Positions 27,254 through 40,059 of a DNA stretch of 64,000 nucleotides are shown here, piece by piece (within the stretch, counting starts at the first letter, position 1; each line of letters starts with the position of its first letter). The notes beneath the pieces were generated by a model, which saw nothing but the letters and a program-made list of their open reading frames with translations, was not told the origin of the DNA and searched no databases. The position numbers were made by a program, and so were the translations under genes. Source of the stretch: Mobula hypostoma (lineage: Eukaryota); the NCBI RefSeq assembly GCF_963921235.1, contig NC_086097.1, forward strand, positions 229,836,001-229,900,000, given 5' to 3'.

Positions 27254-30200
27254 CATGAGACCATAAGATTTTGCTGGAGAATTAGGCCATTTGACCCATC
27301 AAGTCTGCTCTGCCATTTCATCATGGCTGATCCAATTTTCCTCTCAGCCCCAATCTCCTGCCTTTTCCCTGTATCCCTTCATGCCCTGACCAATCAAAAA
27401 TCTATCAACCTCTACTTAAACATACATAAAGATGGCCTCCAGAGCTGCCTGCGGCAAAGAATTCAACAGATTCGCTACTCTCTGGCTAAAGGAATTCTCC
27501 ATCTCCATTTTAAAAGGACGCTCCTCTATTCTGAGACTGATCTTAGACTCTCCCACCGTAGGAAACACCCTCCCCACATCCACTCTATCAAGGCCTTTCA
27601 CCGTTCGATAGGTTTCAAGGAGATTACCCCTCATTCTTCTGAATTCTAGTGAATACAGGTCCAGAATCATCAAATGCTCGTCATATGACAAACCATTCAA
27701 TCCTGGAATCATTTTCGTGAACCTTCTTTGAACCCTCTCCAGTTTCAGCACATCCGTTCTAAGATAAGGGGCTCAAAACTGCTCACAATCCTCCAATTGA
27801 GGCCTCCACTAGTGCTTTATAAAGTTTCAACATTATATCCTTGCTTTTATATTCTAGTTCTCTTGAACTGAATGCTAACATTGCATTTGCCTTCCTCACC
27901 ACAGACACAACATGCAAATTTACCTTTCAGGAATCCTGCACAAGGACTCCCAACTAGCTTTGCATCTCAGTTTTTTGTATTTTCTCTCCATTTAGAAAAT
28001 AGTCAACACTTTCACTTCTTCTACCAAAGTACATGACCAACACTGTATTCCATTTGGCAGTTTTTTGCCCATTCTCCTAATCTGTCTAAGTCCTTCTATT
28101 GCCTCTCTACTTCCTCAAAACCATCTGCCTCTCCAGTTATCTCCATATCGTCTGTAAACTTTGTAACAAAGCCATCAATTCCTTCATCCAAAGCATTGAT
28201 ATATAACATAAAAAGAATCAGTCCCAACACAGAAGCTTGCGGAACACCACTAGTCACCAGAAACCATTCAGAAAATGTTCCCTTTATTCCCACTCTTTGC
28301 CTTCTGCCAGTCAGCCACTATTTTATCCATGCTGGAATCTTTCCTGTAATACCATGGGCTTGTTAAGCAGCTTCAAGTGTGGTACCTTGTCAAAGGCCTT
28401 CTGAAAATCCATATTCACAACATCAACCAATTGTCCTTTCTCTATCCTGCCTGTTACTTCTTCAAAGAATTCCAACAGATTTGTCAGGCAAAATTTTCCC
28501 TTGAGGAAATCATGCCGGCTACGGCCTAGTTCATCATGTGCCTCCAAGTATCCTGAGACTTTATCCTTAATAATCTACTCCAACATCTTCTCAACCAATG
28601 AAGTCAGGCTAACTTTCCTTCTGCTGTTTCTTTTCCTTTTTTGAAGAATGGAGAGACATTTACAATTTTCCAGTCTTCTGGAACCATTCCAGAATCTAGT
28701 GATTCTTAAAAGATCATTACTAGTGCCTCCACAATCTTTTTTTTCAGCCATCTCTTTCAATACAGGTCCAGGTGACTTATCTACCTTCAAACCTTTCAGT
28801 TTCCCAAGAACCTTCTCTCTAGTTATGGTAACTTCATAAACTTTATGGCTCCTGACACCTGGTACTTCCACCATACAGCTAGTGTCTTCCATAGTGAAGA
28901 CTCATGCAAAATATTTATTCAGTTCATCTGCTATTTCGTTGTCCCCCATTACTACCTCTCCAGCATCATTTTCCAGTGGTCCAATATCCACTCTCACCTC
29001 TCTTGTATGCTTTATGTATTTTTATACTTTATACTTTATTGTCGCCAAACAATTGACACTACAACGTACAGTCATCATAGCGATATTTGGTTCTGTGCTT
29101 CCCGCTCCCTGGATTACAAATCGATAGTAAATATTAAAATTTTAAATTATAAATCATAAATAGAAAATAGAAAAATGGAAAGTAAGGTATTGCAAAAAAA
29201 AACAAGATGCAGGTCCGGATATTTGGAGGGTACAGCCCAGAAACTTTTGGAATCCTCTTTAATATTACTGGCCAGCTTTCTTTTGTATTCCATCTTTACC
29301 TTTTTAATTACTTTTTGGTTGCCTTCTGTTGGTTTTTAAAAGCTTCCCAATCCCCTAACATCCCACTAACCTTTGCTCTATTATATGCCTTCTCTTTGAC
29401 TTTTATGTTGGCTTTGACTCGCCTTGTTAGCCATGGTTGTGTCATCTTTCCTTTAGAATACTTCTTCCTCTTTGGGATGTATATATCCTGCGCCCTCCAA
29501 GTTGCTTCCAGAAATTCCAACCATTGCTGCTCTGCCGTCATCCCTGCCAGTGTTCTTTTCCAATCAATTCTGGCCAACTCCCAGAATTCCTTTTATTCCA
29601 CTGTAATATGGATACATCTGACTTTAGCTTCTACTTCTCAAATTTCAGGGTGAATTTGATCATATTATGTATGATCGCTTGTCCCAAAGGGTTCTTTTTC
29701 CTTAAGCTCTCTAATCAACTCTGGTCCATCACACAACATCCAATCCAGAGTAGCTGATCCTCTATAGAGAGCTCAACCAAGAGTTGAGCTGAAAAGCTAT
29801 CTCGTAAGCACTATAGAAATTCCCCCTCCTGTAATACAGCATCAACATGATTTTACCAATCTACCTGCATATTGGACTCCCCATGCCTATAGTAACATTG
29901 CCTTTTTGGCATGCAGTTTCTATCTCCTGTTGTAATTTGTTGGCAACATCCTTACTACTAGGGATTTGAGATCTATATACAACTCCCATCAGTCTTTTTA
30001 CCCTTGCTGTTCCTTGGCTCCCTCCACAATGATTCAACATCTTCCAACACTATGTCACCTCTTTCTAATGATCTGATTTCATTTTTTTACCAACAGAGTA
30101 ACGCCTCCCCCTCTGCCTTCCTGCCTGTCCTTTCAATACAATTTGTATCCTTCCACATTAAGCTCCCAGCTATAATCTTTCAGCCATGATTCCATAAAGC

Positions 30201-31360
30201 CTACAACATCGTACCTGCCAATCTCCAACTGTGCTGCAAGTTCATCTACCGTATTCCATATACTGTGCGCATTCAGATTCACCCTTTTCAATATTGTCGC
30301 ACCATGCTCAACCTTTTCATCCCTAACTTTGTCTGAGATCTTACCAAAACCTGCCTCCACAACCACTCCACTAACTATTCTGGCACTCTGGTTCCCATCC
30401 CCCCTGCAACTCTAGTTTAAACCCCACCGTGCAGCATTAACAAACCTTTCTGCTAGGATATCAGTCGCTCTCCAGTTCAGGTGTCAACTATCCCTTCTGT
30501 ACAGGTCCCACCTTCCCTGGAAGAGAGCCCAATGATCCGAAAATCTTATGCCCTCCCTCCCACACCAACTCCTTAGCCATGTACTTAACTGTAAAATCTG
30601 GCCTCCCTAGCACATGGCACAGTTAGCAATCCTGAGATCACAACCCTGGAGGTCCTGACTTTTAACTTAGCACCTAACTCCCTGAACTCCCCATGCAAAA
30701 TCTCGTCACTCATCCTACACGTGTCATTAGTACCTACATGGGCCACGACCTCTGGCTGTTTACCCTCCCACTTAAGAAGTCTTGAGGACTTGATCTGAGT
30801 TATCCTGGATCCTGGCACCCGGAGGCAACATATCATCCGGGAATCTCGTTCTCACCCACAGAAACCCCTTTCTGTTCCCTTAACTAGTGAATCCCCTTTC
30901 ACCACAGCTCATCTCTTCTCCTCTCTTTCCTTCTGAGACAAACAGCCAGACTCAGTGCCAGCGACCTAACCATCGTGACTTTCCTCAGTTAGGTCATCTC
31001 CAAAGTGATACACCTGTTGCTGAGGAGGGATGGCCATGGGGTACTCTGCACTGGCTCCTTAATCCCCTTTCCCCTTTCTGACTGTCACCCAGTTTCCTGT
31101 GTCCTGCACCTTGGCTGTAACTACCTCTCTATGTGCCCTATCTATCACCCCCTCAGCCTCCTGAATGATCCAGAGTTCATCCAGTTCCAGCTCCAACTCC
31201 TTAACGCAGTTTGTTAGAAGCTGCAGCTGGATGCACTTCTCGCAGTTGCAATGGTCAGGGCTACTGAAGGTCTCCCTGCCTTCCCACATCCCGCAAGAGG
31301 AGCATTGTACTATCCTGTAGCATCTCGACATAGTTATGAAGAAATTAAAAAAACACAAGA
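27254..31360 (-). mobile_element. Near full-length decayed CR1 LINE (ORF1 zinc finger + SGNH esterase-like; ORF2 APE + RT)
   Basis: CSSCGMW..CEKC (31059-31358), KWEGKQPEVVAHVGTND (30585-30836), NLNAHSI..YDVVGFMESW, MDFQKAFDKVPH, VTSGVPQ..KFTDD, LERVQRRFTKMIPG. Confidence 0.92.
29018..29240 (-). mobile_element. Rex1-type 3' tail inserted in the CR1
   Basis: Near-identical to 21143-21357 (tttatactttattgtcgccaaacaattga..ggtccggatatttggaggg). Confidence 0.8.
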
Positions 31361-31399
31361 AGTATATTTTGGCCCAATTAAGCAGCTGCCCTAATTAGC

Positions 31400-32100
31400 A
31401 GTGATAAAACAGCCTACAGAGGAGAGGTTTACACCCTGACACAGTGGTGCCAGGATAACAACCTCAATGTCCAACAAACAAAAGATCTGATCGTGGATTA
31501 CAGGAGGAATGGAGACAGGCTCGGCCCGATCAACATCAATGGGTCTGCAGTTGAGAGGGTGAGTAGCTTCAAATTCCTCGGTACACACATCACCAATGAT
31601 CTCACCTGGACTGTAGACATCGGTTTTGAGGCAAAAAATGCACAACAGCATCTCTTCCACCTCAGGCGACTGAAGAAATTCAACATGAGCCCCCAAATCC
31701 TCATTGAGAGCATCCTGACTGGCTGTATCACTGCCTGGTACAGGAACTGCACCAACTGTGATCGCTGGGCACTGCAGACAGTGGCATGGACAGCCCAGTG
31801 CATCTGTAGATGTGAACTTCCCTCCATCAAGGGCATTTACAGCAGCAGGCGCAGAAAGAAGGTCTGGAAGATCATCGGGAACACCAGTCACCCCAACAAG
31901 TAACCGTTTCAGCTGCTTCCATCCGGCAAATGCTAACGCAGCATAAAAGCCAGGACCAACAGGCTATGGGGCAGGTTCTTCCTCCAAGCCATTAGACTTT
32001 TAAATTCACATGTCTGTACATTGTAACTGAGTCATAACGCAAAGGTTTTTACTCCCTCACATTGTGGGATGGATGTAAGATTTAAATAAATTCAAATTCT
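31400..32100 (+). mobile_element. Rex1/Babar LINE 3' end (same family as 1409-2752)
   Basis: ORF 31493-31903 FKFLGTHITNDLTW..LFHLRRLKKF; 3' UTR is the reverse complement of 1440-1560. Confidence 0.9.
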
Positions 32101-32402
32101 GAAAAGACAAACTACCATTTAATGGAGTAACGAATTATTTATATTCAAATTACAGTGGATTCCAGTTAAATGAAATACACAAATTAGAACACTACCAATA
32201 CTATTACAGTACTATAAAAATATGTATTAGTTCCTAAATAGTTCAAAGTGCAATGTAAAATTTATTATTAGAGTCACTCCTGTGGGCATACTGAGTGAAT
32301 CTATGGAACAATAGCTGTAAACAGGATCAATGAAGAACAAGCAACACACACTAAAAACGCTGGTGAATGTAGCAGGCCAGACAGCATCTATAGGAAGAGG
32401 TA

Positions 32403-32440
32403 CCGTCGACGTTTCGGGCCAGGACCCTTCGTCAGGACTA
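32403..32440 (-). ncRNA. Minimal type I hammerhead ribozyme motif, core intact
   Basis: Reverse complement reads UAGUC CUGACGA A GGGU CCUG GCCC GAAAC GUC GACGG. Confidence 0.75.
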
Positions 32441-32483
32441 ACTGAAAGAAGAGATCAAATCTCTTACTATCTCTTCTTTCAGT

Positions 32484-32521
32484 CAGTCCTGATGAAGGGT
32501 CCCAGCCCGAAACGTCGACTG
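32484..32521 (+). ncRNA. Minimal type I hammerhead ribozyme motif, core and helix I intact
   Basis: CAGUC CUGAUGA A GGGU CCCA GCCC GAAAC GUC GACUG; helix I CAGUC/GACUG, helix II GGGU/GCCC; predicted cleavage after 32516. Confidence 0.85.
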
Positions 32522-34417
32522 TACCTCTTCCTATAGATGCTGCCTGGCCTGCTGCATTCACCAGCATTTTGTGTGTCTTGCTTGAATTTCCAGCATCTGC
32601 AGATTTCCTCATGCCTGCGTCAATGAGGAACAAACTGTGCAAATGCAAATACAAATAAATGGCAATAAATAACAACAGCATGAAATAACAAGATAAAGAG
32701 TCCTTAAAGTGAGACCATTGGTTGTGGGAACACCAGAAATAGAATGAGTATAGTTATCGATAGATGAATCCATCCAGTGTACATTGCTGTGTTCTTTTGA
32801 CTGATGTAAATGAACAAAATCATTGCAACCACCTAGTGCTGATAATGGACGGCCGTCATTGCCTTCCCGCATGAAGTGGTGGTGTAATCCAACAATAAAT
32901 TCCCTGGCATACAATTATCAAAAAAAAAATCACTGCTTTTTGAGTGAGCGTCCATTGGCCCAAATTGGTAACATAACACAAGAACTCACAACTGACACCA
33001 TTTGAAAACTTTTCTCTCTGAGCATAGTGTGGTGTCTAACAGCCACAGAAGCGCATGCAACTGATGCTGGTTAGAAACTGTTTCACAACAGTCTCCCATC
33101 CCATCCCAATTAAGTGGCATAGTGCCCAAGTGAACGAAGGGAATCCCGGCTCCTTTCTCAATTAGTATTTGTTCCTTAAGAGTTGTTCCAGATAAGCAGC
33201 TGCCCAGATTAACCAATGGCCCAATTAACTGGAATCCAGTGTGTTGTGATGTAAACAATAATGAAAACTGTCAGGACAGCAGAACTGCAGGACTTGTATA
33301 TGGCCCAGATAATGAAATGGACAAGAAAAAAAATCATTGTGGGCACTACTCACCAAGAAAGCTGCCTTTTCCATGTATGTATTTATGCACCATTAATTCC
33401 CAATCTGTAGTTCTAACTTAATTTTGATTAAAATCTTTTTTCTTTATAATTGTTGAATGTTGTTTTTTGATGCATGTTGTGACAACCAGCACAGCAAACT
33501 TCTAATACATACGGTGAATAAAACTGATCCTTGACGTATTATAGCTAAAATAGTCACTGCCAAAGAGCTGATGTAATGGCAATTAAAGGACAAAAAAAAT
33601 GTTCAGAAGAAGGCTGATTTAACTTGAAACACAAATTGTTTCTCTGTCCCAAGATGCTGCCAGACCTCCTCTGGATTATCATTTTCTAATTTTATTTGAT
33701 GTTACACCATTGCTTTACCAAACATGAATATGACTAAGAAGGCAGAAATCTGATTGCTTGCCGGCCAAGGTTAGCCACAGCTGACCAAATGCACGTCAGC
33801 AGCCAGCAGCCAATGCCACTAAAACAAAATGCAAAAGCAGCAAAGATGTGCGCAAAGATTAGCAGCTGGGTAGCACAACTACTGCATTTAACCGTCTGAA
33901 TCAAGCTTAGGGGAAGGTAGCAGAAACTTTACGTTTTGTCCTGAATAAAAATATCTCCAATTGCTGTAAACTTCTGTGGTGCTCAGATGGCATGCCTCCT
34001 AGGTTTGTAGGCTGCACATTCTCCAAGGAAAGATCAGATAAATCTTAAAAAGTCATAGTGATTGGAAGATCACTGTACTTCCATACCATATAACAATCCA
34101 ATTGTATGCAGTGCAAACACACCAACTAGAACACAGACAAACAGAAACCTATGTTTGAAATGAAAAGCTGGGTGCAAGCACATTCATTTTAACTGCTTCA
34201 ACAAAGTTGTAAAACCACAATAGTGAGAATTTAACATACGCCACTTGCACACATCAAAGGAAAGCAAGCACTTCAACTCTGCATCAAGAGCACTGCTCTA
34301 ATCTTTAAAACCAACTATCAACAGCATAATCATCTCCTCAGTTGGTAAACCTACAAGTTGAGGTGATACTCCTTAATCAGATCATCATTTTTTATTGAAA
34401 GTATAAAATTGTCCATC

Positions 34418-34850
34418 ACAGATGCTGGAAATCCAGAGCAACACAAACAAAATGCTGTAGGAACTCAGCAGACCAGGCGACATCTATGGAAAATAGCAAA
34501 CATTCAACATTTTGGGCCCAGACCCTTCATCGGGACTGGAAAGGGAGGAGAGAAGTCAGAGTAAGAGGTGGGAGAAGGGGAGGAAGAAGTACAAGCTGGT
34601 AGGTGATGGGTGAAACTGGAAGAGGGAGAAGGGGTGAAGTAAAGAGTTGGGAAGTTCATTGGTGAAAGAGATACAGGGCTGGAGATAGGGAATCTGATAG
34701 GAGAGGACAGAAGACCATGAAAGAAAGGAAGCATCAGATGGAGGTGATGGGCAGGTAAGGAGATAAGCTGAGAGAGGGAAACAGGAATGGGGAATGGTGA
34801 GGGAGAGAGCAATTACCAGAAGTTCGAGAAATTGATGTTCATGCCATCGT
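34418..34850 (-). mobile_element. Penelope-like element 3' end with decayed hammerhead
   Basis: Reverse complement of 41440-41875; DGMNINFSNFW* end; motif at 34501-34538 reads CCGAUGA..AAAAUGUU. Confidence 0.8.
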
Positions 34851-35686
34851 GCATTTATGCATGCTATTTATATTGTAAACACATGCTAGTTTTTATGTAA
34901 TTATGCACATTTTATTACATATCCAGACTTAAACTAACTTATTTTTATATGATCCTTTAATCTTTAGAATTGTTGAAAGTTATTGCTTTTTGTAGCACAC
35001 TGTGCCAACACACCACAGCAAATCCCTAATACATGTAAATGTATATGGCAAATAAATTTGATCCTTGATCTGTGAGCATGCTCCTGACTGCCTGGGGAGA
35101 CAGTATTTGGAAAGTTGACTGCAATTCTAAATCCAAAGTTTATGTGCCCTATAAACAATTTAATTTCTTTCATATGCAATTTTCATGTTTTAACAAAATA
35201 GCTGAAACTTATTTTATGCTGTTAATGGTTTTTTTATTACAACTAACTTCCTGAGTATAATAGTAAAATTTCTAGATCAAACTATGCAAAATATATATGC
35301 ATTGAAAAATCAAAGTGAAAAATATTTGCTTTCAGCCCTTGTATAACTCTCCTGATTAATGTACATGTAAATTCATGACTTTCAAAATGAGTCACAAAGC
35401 ATCATTACATATTCTCAATGTACACAACTGTGTTGTTGTAATTACAACTGAATTATTTAACTTCATGACTGTTGGTACTGCGTTTTTGTACCTTGGCCCC
35501 AAAGTAACCCTGGCTGTATTCATGAGTATTCATGCATGGTTGAAAGACAATTAAACTTAAATTGAATTGAATAGGTCAGAGATGCAGGTTCATGCCATTT
35601 TCAGACATACGCTTTTTGGGGAATCTGCCATTTTTTTTCTCCCCCAATCAACAGGGTCAGCATTTCATAGTTTTATGAATTGGTAT

Positions 35687-35953
35687 GACCCAGCTGGTGG
35701 TGTAGTGGCATCAGTGTCGGACTTCAGGACGAAAGGTCCCGAGTTCGAATCCAGCCGGCTCCCCTGCACGCTTTCGATCCATGCTGGGTTACGAGCAGGT
35801 GATCTCTTTGGAAACTCACCCGGCAGAAGGCAATGGCAAACCACTGCTGTAAATTGCCTCGTACGCGACTCCCCACTATGTCAGAGAGGTGTGGAGGGAA
35901 ATCGCTCGCTAACTGGAGAAACTTCGGATGCGACGCACAGTTCCTTTTTTTTA
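35687..35953 (+). mobile_element. tRNA-head SINE with RTE-like body
   Basis: A box tggtgtagtgg, B box gagttcgaatcc, agaaggcaatggcaaaccact motif, T-rich end; 12-bp TSD atgaattggtat at 35675-35686 and 35954-35965. Confidence 0.85.
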
Positions 35954-36292
35954 ATGAATTGGTATTTCAAATTATGTGGGGCAGTAAATCTCCATTGCCT
36001 TGTGTCAGATGAATGGCAACGTTTTGCTGGATTTATTATATTTTCTGCTTGGCTCCAGTTTCTGATCCCAATAATGCTCCACATATCCATCCAATGTAGC
36101 TGAGTCATTGGTTTGTGTTAGGCCTCTGTCTTTTGCTTCATAATCGTAAGCAGGAGATTATTGAGAAAGTGCACTGTTGTCACATATTTTGCTCAAAATA
36201 TTATAAAAAGATTCACGCCATTTTCTTTTGGAAATTTTCCACAGAAACAGATACTTAAGAGTATTTTCTTATAATGTTTTAATATCTAAATA

Positions 36293-37103
36293 CATTGGAG
36301 CCTGGTTAATTGGGACACATTGGGACCAGTACATTATGGACCAATTAAGCAGCTGCCTCAATTAGCTGAAGTTTCATGGAACTGGTGAAAAAGGTATAAA
36401 AAGACAATCTACCATTTAACTGAGTACCAAATTATGTATTTAAATGAAATACAGAATGAACTAGAACATTACCAACACTACTACAGTTGTATAAAACTGT
36501 AAATTAGTTTCTAACAGTTATTAATAGAGGAATTCATAAAGCATACGCTGCCGTGTTCTTTTAATTGACTGTAAATAAATAAAATCAGTATAGACACCTA
36601 GTGTAGATAATGGACTACCTTCATACAATACTTTTGACAATTGCATCCTTCAAATCTTCATTTTCATTGTACTATTTAGGATTATTGTCGATACCTTCAA
36701 ATTCTTCGTAATTCCTAACTTGCTGAAGTAGTGAAATAGTTTCATTTTCACTCCCAGCCATTTCTGGCATCTTCAAGCCTGATTGCATGAAACTGCACCG
36801 AGCAAAACAGTTCTGAATTGCCTTGCTGCTTATTTCTTGACAACTATCAGCGACAAAAATCACTACTTTTTGATCACAAACACAAACAACTTACACTATT
36901 TTAAAATTGTCTGTTCTATGTACGGTGTAGTGTCTAACAGCCACAAAAGGGCAGCGACTGACACTAGTTTAGAAGCTGTTTGGCAACAGTCTTCTGTCCC
37001 AATTAAATGACAATAGTGTCCCAAATAAACAAAAGGCATTCTGGCTATCTTCTTGATTAGTCGGCCTTAGTAAGCAGCTGCTCCAATTAACCATGATGGA
37101 CTG
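36293..37103 (-). mobile_element. Tigger/pogo-like non-autonomous DNA transposon
   Basis: TA at the left end; imperfect TIRs (ggttaattgg/ccaattaacc); ORF 36672-36863 FVADSCQEISSKAIQNCFARCSF resembles the Tigger transposase C-terminal W..V...TI.NCF..CGF motif. Confidence 0.75.
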
Positions 37104-37278
37104 TGCTGATTTTAGACGTGGATTTTGGAAGCACACCAAATAAACATTATGTTTCCCTTTCTCTGCAGATGTAGAGTGTTTCCATCATTTTCTGTTTTTA
37201 ACTATAAAAATAAATTTTACTGTGACAAAAGGTTTGAGTATTTCACATTTTCTTATTTTAAAAGGATAATTCTCCTAC

Positions 37279-37526
37279 CTTGCACGAGGGACATCAATAT
37301 TGGAAGAAACGACTTTTCTCTTCTGATCAGAAACAGCACCAATCGGTCGTACGTGGTCCTTGTCGTGATCTTGAATCCTGCCAATCTTTTTAGTTTCTAG
37401 TATCTTCATGGCTTCAATCTTTCTCACAAGGGGCAACTGCTGCTCCAACACCTTCTGGTGGTTCTCGGTGTGACTTTGATCACATGACAGTGTGACAGAA
37501 GATGAGTCACGGCCATTGCAATAGAG
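37279..37526 (-). CDS. Candidate internal exon of an unidentified gene
   Basis: Non-repeat, CpG-retaining 248 bp; acceptor tttgctcctgcAG, donor AG/GTAGGA; open frame [22 protein letters not shown]. No recognisable homology. Confidence 0.3.
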
Positions 37527-38019
37527 CTGCAGGAGCAAATTACAACGTTGAGGTTACTGCCGTACCTTTGGCAATCTGCAAAATCTCTCTGAAACATTGA
37601 CAAAGACCTTTCACATCACACAAATATAAAGATATACAATGTACTGTAGAAGGTATGCTGTAAAGTCTTTATAGATACCACAGAAATAGAGAGAATTCCG
37701 CGGTAAACTTTTCCCTGCTAATAGATGTAAACATAATATAAAGGTCGATGGGAGAAGGCAGTTTAAATGTTTCAGCGTGGACTAGATGGGCTGAAGGGCC
37801 TGTTTCTGAACTGTACTTTTCTATGACTCTATATTATGCCAAATTTTAATAACAACAGAGGAATAAAAAAGTAAACATTTCCCATGCCATTGGCAGTGGA
37901 CTCCGTAATTAACAAAATCCATTGTCACACTAATTTATTATTTATTTATTTAGCGATACAACAGAATAATGGGACCTTCCAATCCAAAGAGGCCACACTG
38001 ACTAATTACAACCATGTGA

Positions 38020-38630
38020 CCGATCCCTTGTTGTTTGTCATCTGTATTAATGAGTCAGATGACAATATGGAAAACTGGAGCAGCAAAGTTGCAGATGACA
38101 CCAGGACTGGAGCGAGACATAGTGGACAGCAAAAAAAGTTATCACAGCTTACAGCACAATCTGGACCAGCTTGAAAAATGGGCTGAGAAATGGCAGGTGG
38201 AATTTAATGCAGACAAGTGTGAGGAGTTGCACTTAGGGAGGTCAAATCAGAATAGGACTGACAGTAGAGCATTGAGATTTGATGGTGTTATACAAGTTAT
38301 GAGAGGTATGGATAGGGAAATGCAAGCGTGTTTCTTCCACTGAGATTGGATGAGACCAGAACTAGAAGTCAGGGGTTAAGGATGAAAGGTGAAATATTTA
38401 AGAGGAACCTCACTCAGAGAGATGTATGAGTGTGGAACAAGCTGCCAGCAAAAGCACTGAATGCGGATCTGTTTGCAACTTTGAAGAGAAGTTTGGTTAA
38501 CTACGTGGATAGGAGGGGTACAGAGGTCTATGGCCCAGATGCAGGTCGATAGGACTAGGCAAAATAACAGTTCGGCACGGATTAAGTGGGCTGAAGGACC
38601 TGTTTCTGTGGCTGTAGTACTTTATGACTC
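38020..38630 (+). mobile_element. CR1 LINE RT/3' fragments
   Basis: PLLFVICIN..SKVADDT; LEKWAEKWQVEFNADKCEELHLGR; CR1 tail. Confidence 0.8.
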
Positions 38631-39282
38631 TAACCTGTACATCTCTGGAGCATACAAGGAAATCGAACACACAGACAAACGTAGGAAGACCGTACAAACT
38701 CGTCACACACAGCAGTGGAATAGAACCCAGGTCGCTGGTGCTGTGATACTGTTACGCTAACTGCTAACATACTGGCCAACATCAATGTTCTGAGAAAAAA
38801 TTATCAAGTAATGTGAGAGAATATTTATCAGTCGACATGTACCAGTTATTAATTCTGGCTTTGACAGATAACAGAATAAGGAAGATGACTCAACAGCCTT
38901 GATTTTGTGGTTGTGATGATGGTTAAACTGCCTATTCTTCATCAATGTACCAAAAAAAAATGACATGGCTGATTCAGTGCACATTGCCATGGCTAAAATA
39001 TGGAATCCAGAAATTGCCATCCATAATTTCCTGCTACTCAATCAAGAGGGAATGTGCAGTTTGCAAGCTTCTATTTATTTTTCAGAAAAGAGTGTTTCTT
39101 GTTGTATGATACTTCAGAAAGAAGTTGTTCCCATTTGTTCAGGAACCTAGGGACAAAGATTCAAGAAATACAGAGGGGAAACGTTATTTCTACCATGTGA
39201 TCATGCTCAGGGAAATACTGCCTGTATCAGGGTGGTAAAGGAAGCAAAGAAGCTTTCAAGTACGTAGTTGTCCGGTAAATAA

Positions 39283-40059
39283 CTCTGGACAACAAAGATT
39301 TTGTTTCCTGAATACTTAGGGTGTATCTTATGGAATTTGGGCTGCTGATCCTGAAAATCGCCATGAACTTTCCCTATCATGCACTATTTTTTTTGAATTT
39401 GACTATTTTTTTTATTTCAATACATTACTTAAGTCAGAATAACTGATGCCAAGATTAAGGAAGGCATTTTTGTTGGTGCACAAAAATCAAACAGGTCATC
39501 AATGACACGCAATTCGAAGGACTTCTAGGATGTTGTTAAAACTTTCCTTGGCAATTACAGAGCACAAAACTACATGCAGCTGGTTGACAACATGCTTCAA
39601 GCATACAAAACTATGTAGTGCAACATGTCACTAAAGATTCATTTTCTGCATTCCCATTTAAACTTCTTCCCTGCAAATCTTGGCACAGTCAGTGACGAGC
39701 ATGGTGAAAGGTTTCACCAGGAAGTTGCAACCATGGGAAATGTTATCAGGGCAACTGGAATCCATCAATACCGACTGATTATTGTTGGACACTTAAGTTA
39801 TAACCCTCAGACACTGAGTACCAATGAAAATCATAAATAAAACATTTTTAGCTTAGTTGAACTACTGCAAAGCGTCAGCACCATTATGCAATTAAATGCA
39901 TTATGTTCAATAAAAGTTAATTTCTTGTTTCTCTAAATTCCTACATGATACAAGTAGTCTGAAGTTATATTTGTGTTCAGCTTCAAGTGGTCTATAATAA
40001 ACTAAACAAATTCTGAAGAACAATTCCACAAAAAAACACAAAAGATTTGTTGTCCAATA
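39283..40059 (+). mobile_element. Chapaev3-like (CMC) DNA transposon, internally deleted
   Basis: ORF 39625-39840 MSLKIHFLHSHLNFFPANLGTVSDEHGERFHQE; TIR ctctggacaacaaa / tttgttgtccaata; TAA on both flanks. Confidence 0.75.

Larger units (their letters stand above)
32341..32619. mobile_element. Penelope-like fold-back insert with two inverted hammerheads
   Basis: ~110-bp inverted arms; 14-bp TSD tcaatga(a/g)gaacaa at 32327-32340 and 32620-32633. Confidence 0.85.
27215..33241. mobile_element. Tigger/pogo-like element fragmented by later insertions
   Basis: Pieces at 27215-27253, 31361-31399, 32100-32243 and 32750-33241 align collinearly with the copy at 36293-37103. Confidence 0.75.

Noticed and set aside
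33600..33680. Additional hammerhead-like remnants here, at ~22990 and at ~42808
   Set aside because: Too decayed or truncated; the core and helix II cannot be recovered.
35690..35765. tRNA gene
   Set aside because: A and B boxes are present, but there is no convincing acceptor stem and the sequence continues into a SINE body bounded by a TSD.
35567..36103. 178-aa ORF
   Set aside because: It spans a SINE insertion and its flanks and has no recognisable domain.
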